DNA of 64,000 nucleotides from Acinetobacter phage SH-Ab 15599. The stretch lies in the sequence record MH517022.1; one strand, given 5' to 3'. A program made the position numbers and the translations under genes. The notes beneath the pieces were generated by a model. The model had not been told where the DNA came from and did no database searches. It worked only from the letters and a program-made list of their open reading frames with translations. This document shows, one piece after another, positions 29,041-36,524 of this stretch (positions within the stretch are counted from its first letter, which is position 1; every line of letters begins with the position of its first letter).

Positions 29041-29370
29041 TCAGAATTGCCAAGACTCTATTGCTTCTTTGATTATCTCAGCGTGACAAGGTCTAGGAGC
29101 ACACCAACACTCTAATTTCAATGTCCCTTGTTTTGAGAGGTCTCTGAGTCTTCTCAATTCTTGTATTATGACTTGGTCTTGTTCAAAGTATACCTTAGCC
29201 CAGAGCCAGTCTTTATATTTCAATATAGCTTGTTCAACAGTTCTTGCTTTGAACCGAGCTATGGTATCATTGGAATGAGAAAATGGATTACCCAATAAAG
29301 ATGGGCGACCAACATACACTGTCTCGCCCGTTCTGTAATCCATATTGCGTTTATTGGTTACCAGAATCAT
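29041..29370 (-). CDS. DUF4326-family protein (109 aa)
   Basis: YVGRPSLLGNPF...CWCAPRPCHAEII matches the DUF4326 pattern as I recall it. Confidence 0.5.
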   Translation of the reverse strand: MILVTNKRNMDYRTGETVYVGRPSLLGNPFSHSNDTIARFKARTVEQAILKYKDWLWAKVYFEQDQVIIQELRRLRDLSKQGTLKLECWCAPRPCHAEIIKEAIESWQF

Positions 29371-29767
29371 AGATATATCTGTAATCCTTGATTGCTTGCT
29401 CTAGTGCTGGTTTCTCGAATAGAGTAGCATATTTGTTACTCCCTTGATTGATACTGTATAGAATATCAATCGCTTCTGCTAGACCTCTTTCAAATGCTTT
29501 GATTTGAGAAATTGAATCAGTTATACGTTTGAGGACAGAGAGGTTCATGAGTTCTTGAGCTTCATCAATGGCTCGATAGATTTCTTGCTCTGCCTTTACC
29601 CAAACCTTCCAATTGAAACGCCAATATTCTCCATCAACTATCTTTACAAAGGTTGGGATATTATGCATGGAATTGATATATAGCAGTTCAGATTCATCTG
29701 GGGCTGTTTCCAAAGTATCTTTAACGTCTTCAATTCTGCGGGATATAATGAACTCTTTTAATTTCAA
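29351..29767 (-). CDS. hypothetical protein (138 aa)
   Basis: ORF. Confidence 0.4.
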   Translation of the reverse strand: MKLKEFIISRRIEDVKDTLETAPDESELLYINSMHNIPTFVKIVDGEYWRFNWKVWVKAEQEIYRAIDEAQELMNLSVLKRITDSISQIKAFERGLAEAIDILYSINQGSNKYATLFEKPALEQAIKDYRYIYDSGNQ

Positions 29768-29991
29768 GATAGTTCTACCTTACGTTTGTTCAACTTCTTC
29801 AATCGTTTATTTTTACGGCGGTTGAAGTCTGCTATTTGTTTAGCAACGCGATCTGAAGATGAAGGAGAAGGTGGCAATTTACTATCAACTACCTTCTCCC
29901 ATGGACCAAAGAATGATAACCCATCTGACATATGAGACAGATGGTATTTGAGTATCATTCCAGTTGAGTTATCTTTACTGTAGCCCATCAT
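29764..29991 (-). CDS. small hypothetical protein (75 aa)
   Basis: ORF. Confidence 0.3.
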   Translation of the reverse strand: MMGYSKDNSTGMILKYHLSHMSDGLSFFGPWEKVVDSKLPPSPSSSDRVAKQIADFNRRKNKRLKKLNKRKVELS

Positions 29992-29996
29992 ACCAA

Positions 29997-30326
29997 TTAC
30001 TCCAGATTTTCAATTTGCTCATCTGTCATAGCAGATAGTTGAGCTTGTTGACTCTTCGGTTTTGAACGCATTGCCTGGTTGATTTTATTTTGCTTATCAA
30101 CAGCGTGACGGAACTTACGGCGCTGATCTTTAGCAGCTTGTTTGGCTGCGCGTTTTTCCAACTGACGTTGAGAACGTCCAGTGGTATTCCGAGGGGTAGG
30201 AGTGAAGACATATTCAGCTTCATCTTCAAAGATTTGTCGCTTTTCTTCAGCAACCATTGGTATCTCTGATGCCGCTATAGAGGCAAATTGAGAACCAACA
30301 AGACCAATACGTCGTAAACTCATCAT
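29997..30326 (-). CDS. basic Lys/Arg/Gln-rich protein (109 aa)
   Basis: ORF. The C-terminal half is highly basic. Confidence 0.35.
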   Translation of the reverse strand: MMSLRRIGLVGSQFASIAASEIPMVAEEKRQIFEDEAEYVFTPTPRNTTGRSQRQLEKRAAKQAAKDQRRKFRHAVDKQNKINQAMRSKPKSQQAQLSAMTDEQIENLE

Positions 30327-30327
30327 T

Positions 30328-30846
30328 TCAATTACTCCAAAGTGATTCGCTATAAGAAGCTCTCACATTCATTAAACAAATACCAAGATTATTATTTCCA
30401 AAGCCGTTCATACTAGTCCCCCAATATGAATCATGCCACCAATTGACTTCAATCAATGTCTTTGAACCCGTACTCAATAACAACTCTTTCAAGTCTGGGT
30501 TGTTATCAAATTTCTTTTGATTTAACAGTTGCATACAACGCAATCTGTTCTTCATGAAATCCATATCAACTGGATGTTCAAGTAAAAATTCTTTTGTCTC
30601 TGGAGAAGACATATGTTTCAAAGGAGCTGAAAACTTCTTGCTTTCTTGAGGGCTCATACCAGAAATAAGACGTTTAGTTTCATCTCTTCTGAACTTGAGA
30701 GCTTGATAAGCGGCTTCAGTTGAATGATAAGGAATATGTTTCCATTCTACAGGTATGTTGAGTACAAACATATTACTCAAGAACCGATATTCCTTAAAGA
30801 AGCCTCTAACTTCAATATCAGGATTAACAAACCATGGCTTAAACAT
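30328..30846 (-). CDS. NADAR (DUF1768/YbiA-like) domain protein
   Basis: FFKEYRFLSNMF...YHSTEAAYQALKF matches the NADAR signature. Confidence 0.7.
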   Translation of the reverse strand: MFKPWFVNPDIEVRGFFKEYRFLSNMFVLNIPVEWKHIPYHSTEAAYQALKFRRDETKRLISGMSPQESKKFSAPLKHMSSPETKEFLLEHPVDMDFMKNRLRCMQLLNQKKFDNNPDLKELLLSTGSKTLIEVNWWHDSYWGTSMNGFGNNNLGICLMNVRASYSESLWSN

Positions 30847-31066
30847 TAGAGACTTCCTTGATCAATTTATCAACTTCATGAATTGCTTCTGTTATTGTAT
30901 TCTTGAAGATTGCTTTACCGCCTTTTACATTTTGAATTCTGAACGATTCAAGTGTAGTTGGATAATAAGAGTTATCAACATGGTTTGAAATAACATAGTC
31001 GCCTTTCTTGAAAGAACCCTTATGCGTAATTCTCCAACCATCTAATGAGATTTCTTTAATTTTCAT
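30839..31066 (-). CDS. small hypothetical protein (75 aa)
   Basis: ORF. Confidence 0.35.
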   Translation of the reverse strand: MKIKEISLDGWRITHKGSFKKGDYVISNHVDNSYYPTTLESFRIQNVKGGKAIFKNTITEAIHEVDKLIKEVSNV

Positions 31067-31389
31067 AATAAAGTTCCGTAACGTTCATCAACCATTCTCT
31101 ATCACTACTCTCATTGACTGGCCATATTCAACTACCATCGTTCAAGAGAATGTTTTCAACTGAAGGGTTATTACTATTGTTCTCAGTCTGGTCTTGAACG
31201 GTAATAACCGCAGCCCCTTCTCGGCAACTGTTAATCTACAAACCTGAACCACCTCACTTTTCATGTCTACACAATATAATTTCATTGATAGACCCCAGCT
31301 ATTGGATAGTAACCTTACTTCAGCCTCTGTTGATGAATCTAAGATATAGCACCTATCATAGTATCATATCTCGACCGTATATAAAATCA

Positions 31390-31417
31390 AATAAAAAAGA
31401 GGCTTGCGCCTCTTTCT
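31390..31417 (-). terminator. terminator hairpin AGAGGCTTGCGCCTCT (minus sense: GC hairpin plus T-run)
   Basis: It lies immediately after the stop of the 31418-31699 ORF. Confidence 0.55.
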
Positions 31418-31699
31418 TTACTTCTTACAGTCTTTCTTTGTTGACCGTTCTTTACATTTGTCCGATGTAGTAGACCTATAAGGGATTGGAACAGTCGTAG
31501 GAGCTTTATACACTGTAGGTTTATAAGGGGCAGCAGCTTTGGGTGCAGGTACACTGGCTCGTACACTAGGGCTTGGAGCAATCACTACTCTTGCAGAAGC
31601 TCCGGCAAACCCAACTGCGTGAGCTACAGTTGAGAATGCAATAGCGCACATTACTGATACGGCTGGAAATACAATTCTTAAAAATTTTGGAACGTACAT
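31418..31699 (-). CDS. small secreted Ala/Pro-rich protein with a signal peptide (93 aa)
   Basis: FLRIVFPAVSVMCAIAFSTVAHA is a leader, followed by a Pro/Ala-rich region and a basic C-terminus. Confidence 0.4.
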   Translation of the reverse strand: MYVPKFLRIVFPAVSVMCAIAFSTVAHAVGFAGASARVVIAPSPSVRASVPAPKAAAPYKPTVYKAPTTVPIPYRSTTSDKCKERSTKKDCKK

Positions 31700-31845
31700 G
31701 ATTGACTCCTATAAAGAACTTCTATAATAAGGCTGGAAACGTTCATTTATTATAAATCAATAATTCGTTGGCTTTGTTCATGAACAAAAATATTTAAAAT
31801 TGTCTTTTTATTGTCTGGAATTAACAAAGGAGTTTGATTGTTATT

Positions 31846-31980
31846 TTTGTCTCTCAGCCTACCCTGTGGCGAGAGTCATTTTGCTGTACTCGGTAATACT
31901 CGGGCTGCGCCCTCGCATCACCTCAAAACCTGTTGCGGTGAGCAATCGGGAATAGGAACCACCCTTTCTCAGATTCTTCT
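31846..31980. other. GC-rich structured non-coding patch inside a ~900-nt ORF-poor region; candidate small RNA or origin-associated element
   Basis: Local GC is well above the genome average. Several short GC helices are visible (GGGC-TGC-GCCC, CACC...GGTG). The 5' part is repeated at 58322-58353. Confidence 0.25.
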
Positions 31981-32597
31981 CTTGAATACATAACCGACCA
32001 TATTATTAATCAGCAATTCAAAATAAAACCACTCTATCCAAGAGTATCACTATAAAAACAGTGACTGATACTTGTTACCCTTATCCTGTTGAAGGATTCT
32101 GCTCCTAAATGTTCAGCTGAAGCAGTCAGACCGCGAACGGAAGAACCAATTGGTTCCCTCTCTATCATTTTTCTTTACCGTAAGGCGATAGATTCAAATT
32201 GGCATTTGGGATGTTCTGAACGATCCAATTTGAATTCTCCACTCACGCAAGCTATCAGTATCAATAAGATGAATGGATTTATGATAGTGAGTTATACAAC
32301 CTCAGTTGAACCATTCAAATCGTCTTACAACTTTGAAAACTGACCATACCATCAGAGGGCAGTTACTCCTCAGTGGAAATAGCTTTATCAAGTACAAGAA
32401 TCTCTGTCTAAGCAAATGGGTACAAGCTCGACAGAGCAACAAGACCGTCATTATAATATAAGATTCAGGTACAAGTAAAGTCTTTATTTTATTTGATTTA
32501 TAAGTATTTGTTTTAACATAAAATAAAAGTAGAATATTAACGTTTTGATAATTTAGAAATGTTCAGAAATCAGATATAATAAATTTTTCAAATTTGT

Positions 32598-33176
32598 ATG
32601 ATGAGGAGAATTCAAGTGTTAGAGAAGGATTTGATATACTCGAAAGATAAGCCTGAACTGCTATCTCCATTGAGTGTATTAGAAATATGGACAGATGGGG
32701 GCACTACCAATAATGGTAAGGCTGATGCATTTGGGGGTTGGTCATTTGTAGGTATAGAGAATGGAAAGAAACCAATCATCGGGTTTTCAGAACATTGTCC
32801 AGGTATCATTACAAATAATCGTTGTGAAATCATGGGGGTTATCGCTGCAATTCTCCATTTGGCAACTCCAGATCGCAAATTGATTATTCGTTCAGATTCT
32901 CAATATGTGGTCAAGACGGTTAATGAATGGCGTCATGGTTGGGCTAGAAAGAAAGATCAATCGGCAATTCTCAATAAAGAGTTGTTTGAACAATTATTTC
33001 ATCTTGTAGATAACAATCACGTATCTCTGGAATGGGTGAAAGGTCACGCTTCTTCCGTAGGTAATAATATAGCTGATTTCTGGGCAACCAAAGCTATGAA
33101 GAAAGAAAAACCTACAGAAAAACATTTGACCCAAGCCGATTTTGTATATTTTAATTCAATTAAAGGATTCATGTAA
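32598..33176 (+). CDS. rnhA: RNase HI-type ribonuclease H
   Basis: IWTDGG...NNRCEIMGVIAAL...IRSDSQYVV...WVKGHAS...NNIADFWA are the RNase HI motifs. GAGGAG lies 7 nt upstream of an in-frame GTG at 32616, which may be the true start. Confidence 0.8.
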   Translation: MMRRIQVLEKDLIYSKDKPELLSPLSVLEIWTDGGTTNNGKADAFGGWSFVGIENGKKPIIGFSEHCPGIITNNRCEIMGVIAAILHLATPDRKLIIRSDSQYVVKTVNEWRHGWARKKDQSAILNKELFEQLFHLVDNNHVSLEWVKGHASSVGNNIADFWATKAMKKEKPTEKHLTQADFVYFNSIKGFM

Positions 33177-33784
33177 TGGCTGGCAAAAAAGTCCAGAATT
33201 ATGTTGATAATGAGAAATTGTCCGATGCCATAATCGAGTGGGTGGGGAGATATAACGAAGCTAAAGCAGCTGGGTTGAAACCTCCTAAACCATCAGATTA
33301 TATTGGAAAATCTATTCTCGACATTGCTACCAATCTCGCTCGGCATCCTAACTTCAACCGCTATACGTGGAAAGAAGATATGATTGGCGATGCTGTAGAA
33401 AATGCTATCAAATATCTACATAATTTCAATGGTGGGTCGGAAACAAGAACTGGTAAACCAAATGCATTCAGTTGGCTTACCTTATCTATGGAACGTGTGT
33501 TTTATGATAGAATTGACATGGAGAAGCGTCAAAACTATTATAAAAACAGACTGGGGCTTGATGCTATGGACTCCCTTTCTGAGGAGTTGGATATGTCTCA
33601 AGATATGCAAACAACATCTAACTCACAGAAAATAACAAACGACATTAGAACAAGAGTTGGGGAGTATGAAGAAAATCAGAAGAGAAGAAAGGCCAAGGAA
33701 CGGGAGAAACAGGAGAAAAAACGTGGACTTGAGGCTCCTGAGCCAATTAGTAAAACGACACATTCATTGCTAGACGCAATATAA
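33176..33784 (+). CDS. 55: late-transcription sigma factor gp55
   Basis: QNYVDNEKLSDAIIEW aligns to T4 gp55 YNYVNNKELLQAIIDW. The start overlaps the upstream stop (ATGTAATGG). Confidence 0.8.
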   Translation: MAGKKVQNYVDNEKLSDAIIEWVGRYNEAKAAGLKPPKPSDYIGKSILDIATNLARHPNFNRYTWKEDMIGDAVENAIKYLHNFNGGSETRTGKPNAFSWLTLSMERVFYDRIDMEKRQNYYKNRLGLDAMDSLSEELDMSQDMQTTSNSQKITNDIRTRVGEYEENQKRRKAKEREKQEKKRGLEAPEPISKTTHSLLDAI

Positions 33785-33815
33785 CAAAGGGGAGCTGATA
33801 AGCTCCCCAATTCAT

Positions 33816-34604
33816 TTAACGAAGACAACCAACATCTTGTGAATCAAATTCAATTCCGTAATCTTTAGCATGAGCCACAGCTTTGTCTAACAGGTTGAAA
33901 TAGTCATTATCCACAACCACTCCATCCGCAGTTACGATCTGAAGTTGATATTCAAACGTGCCGTCGTCACAAGACTTTTTGAAGATATAAGCGCGACCAG
34001 CATTGTACGGAGCTGAAATGTTTTTCACAAGAGCTTCATCAATACGTTTATAGGCGGCATATTCTTTACCCTTGACGAATTTCAAAATGTCATCACGAGA
34101 TTTCATTACCTTGAGAGTTGACACCATATCCTTAGATTCAAGAGCTGCCTTCCAACGATGATGTCCGTCAATTACAAAATGGTCTTCTGAGATAATGATT
34201 TGTTTCTTTTTCCAACTCTTGGCTTCAATGATAGCCTTGACCTTTTTATCGTTGAATTCATTCTGAGATGGAGTCAACTCAGAAGCATCCATTTCGCCGT
34301 TTTCAATTGCAATATCGTATTTCTTCAGATCAGCAACAAATTTATCAATTTCCAGTTGCGGCAACTCTATGCGTTTCATCCCAGTGTCTTTAAACTCATA
34401 CAACAAGAACCCTTCGCCCATTTTGGCATTTTCATTAAACCCTACCTTTTCAAGAATGGTATCCAGGGTTTTCTGACTGTTGCTGAAAAACTTTATAGAG
34501 GAGTCAGTACACTCGGACATAATTGAAGTCCCAGCATACATTATTCCGCTACGGTGAAGACCAAGTGAATTGATCTTCTTATTGAACTGGTTAATCATGT
34601 CCAT
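33816..34604 (-). CDS. ParB-like nuclease domain (ParBc/sulfiredoxin fold) protein
   Basis: IISEDHFVIDGHHRWKAA is the DGxxR ParB-N signature. Confidence 0.5.
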   Translation of the reverse strand: MDMINQFNKKINSLGLHRSGIMYAGTSIMSECTDSSIKFFSNSQKTLDTILEKVGFNENAKMGEGFLLYEFKDTGMKRIELPQLEIDKFVADLKKYDIAIENGEMDASELTPSQNEFNDKKVKAIIEAKSWKKKQIIISEDHFVIDGHHRWKAALESKDMVSTLKVMKSRDDILKFVKGKEYAAYKRIDEALVKNISAPYNAGRAYIFKKSCDDGTFEYQLQIVTADGVVVDNDYFNLLDKAVAHAKDYGIEFDSQDVGCLR

Positions 34605-34686
34605 TTTGCGTACCTTTTGATTTTAGGTGAATACAATAAAATATATTATACTAAGGTGAATTTGTTCAGTATCAAAGGATAAACAG

Positions 34687-35076
34687 TTGACTACTCCATT
34701 CTTTCCTCATCTTTTAGTTGCAGTGCGCGTTTGGTGCCAAGAAAATGCCGTTGGATGCCATATAAAGGCGCCAACTGCTCAAGTATCTGGTTTACCTCAG
34801 CATATCATAAATCGATTTCCAGAAGAGATTACACTTGATATCTCAGAAGGGGCTGTTGCTAATTTCTCAATTGATATAGAACAGCTACATTTCAATTGTC
34901 GTTTCAATGGCGTTGATTGTTTCGTAATGACTAATGTTGATAAAGTGATTCTGGTACACTCAACAGACGGTCAAATTGTTTGTCTGAATCCAGCTTACGT
35001 TCCAGATGATAATGAAACAGAGCAGGTTGTAAAGGAAGAACCAAAATCTCAATCAAAACTCCGCATAGTGGAATAA
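34687..35076 (+). CDS. hypothetical protein (gp47.1 position; TTG start)
   Basis: An ORF with AAGGA 7 nt upstream of the TTG. Confidence 0.35.
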   Translation: MTTPFFPHLLVAVRVWCQENAVGCHIKAPTAQVSGLPQHIINRFPEEITLDISEGAVANFSIDIEQLHFNCRFNGVDCFVMTNVDKVILVHSTDGQIVCLNPAYVPDDNETEQVVKEEPKSQSKLRIVE

Positions 35077-35080
35077 CATC

Positions 35081-36172
35081 ATGTTAAAAATTGAAATTGA
35101 TTCACCCGTTGTAGCATTTATTGGCGACCTCCATTTTGGTATTAAGAACGGCGACAAGTGGTTCCTTGAATTCCAAGTTGCTTACATGAAACGCAAACTA
35201 GATCAAATGAAAGCATTGGGTATCAAATACCTTCTCCAAGCTGGGGACGCTCTGGACAACCGTAAGCGTACCGAGACCAATGTAATTGACGCTCTACAAG
35301 AAGTAAATGAGTATGCCAACGCATTAGGCATTATTATCATTTATATTGTAGGGAACCATAATACATTCTATACTGATACCAATGCTGTTCACAACTTGAA
35401 TATTATTCAACATATGAGTAATGTCGCAGTTGTAGATGAGCAAGCTGTGTTGACTTATAAGGGAGCGGATGTCATTCTGTTATTAGCTTGGATTCATAAG
35501 AATAACATTGCTAAAATGATGGAAGTGGTAGAAGCTTCAACGGCTCCTTACTGTATGATGCATGCTGAGTTTGACGGCTTTGAAATGTATAAAGGTATTG
35601 AAGCAAAGGGTGGTATGTCTATTGTACCATTCCGTCGTTTCAGCAAAGTTTTTTCTGGTCACTACCACACTGTTTCAGAAGATGGTAATATCAAATATGT
35701 AGGTTCTCCATATGCTCTTACATGGATGGATTACGTTGATGGAACAAATCGTGGATGGTTCGAGCTAGACCTTAGAACTGGTCAAGAAACATTCCATAAA
35801 AATGATGAAACCGAAACATTATTCTTTGTTGATAATTACGATCCAACATTTGAATATAATGAAGCTTATTTTGATAAACTCAAAAATAAAATTGTCAAAT
35901 TCTTTGTTAAAGAAGTTCCAGATCAAAAACATTTTGACAAATATGTGAAACTTATCAACTCTATTCCATTCATTGACCGCCGTATTATTGATGAGCGCGA
36001 AATTGCTGCAATTGAACATGCAACCGTTGATATCAAAACAATGAACCTCACTCCTGTGAAGGTTATCGATGAATACGTTCGCAAAGAAGCAACCAATGTA
36101 AACTTGAATCCTGACCTTGTTGCAGCGGAAGCGTTATCCTTGTACAATCACGCAACTGGTATGGAAGGTTAA
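35081..36172 (+). CDS. 47: recombination endonuclease subunit gp47 (Mre11/SbcD-like phosphoesterase)
   Basis: FIGDLHFG, AGDALDNR, VGNHN and GHYH are the calcineurin-like motifs I to IV. Confidence 0.85.
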   Translation: MLKIEIDSPVVAFIGDLHFGIKNGDKWFLEFQVAYMKRKLDQMKALGIKYLLQAGDALDNRKRTETNVIDALQEVNEYANALGIIIIYIVGNHNTFYTDTNAVHNLNIIQHMSNVAVVDEQAVLTYKGADVILLLAWIHKNNIAKMMEVVEASTAPYCMMHAEFDGFEMYKGIEAKGGMSIVPFRRFSKVFSGHYHTVSEDGNIKYVGSPYALTWMDYVDGTNRGWFELDLRTGQETFHKNDETETLFFVDNYDPTFEYNEAYFDKLKNKIVKFFVKEVPDQKHFDKYVKLINSIPFIDRRIIDEREIAAIEHATVDIKTMNLTPVKVIDEYVRKEATNVNLNPDLVAAEALSLYNHATGMEG

Positions 36173-36176
36173 GATC

Positions 36177-36524
36177 ATGGAAAAATTATATCCTGTAATG
36201 GATTCAAACGTTTTACTACAATTATTTCGCCCGTACAAATTCAATGTATTGAAGGTTACTCACGGCTCTGTTACCTTCAATAAAGGTTTGAACGATCCTC
36301 TTGATAATGCACAAATTGTACGCACCAAGTCTGTTCAAGGGTATGTTACAGAAGATCAGTTCAATCATTTGCTTTCTTTCAATAAGAGCATGGATGAGAT
36401 TAATGAAGCCTATCAAAAGCAGGTCAAAGCTTTGAAAGAGCAATATAAATCAACTCTCATTACATTTGTTGAACACAATGAAGAGCGTGGTATGTCTATC
36501 ACCAAACAACTGGAAGCGAAATAA
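36177..36524 (+). CDS. hypothetical protein (gp46.1 position)
   Basis: GGAAGG lies 8 nt upstream of the ATG. The start is internal to the longer ORF as called. Confidence 0.4.
   Translation: MEKLYPVMDSNVLLQLFRPYKFNVLKVTHGSVTFNKGLNDPLDNAQIVRTKSVQGYVTEDQFNHLLSFNKSMDEINEAYQKQVKALKEQYKSTLITFVEHNEERGMSITKQLEAK

Noticed and set aside
32089-32343. An 84-aa + strand ORF in the 31.7-32.6 kb gene-poor region
   Set aside because: It has no RBS, and its sequence looks like translated non-coding DNA. The region is better interpreted as non-coding or structured.
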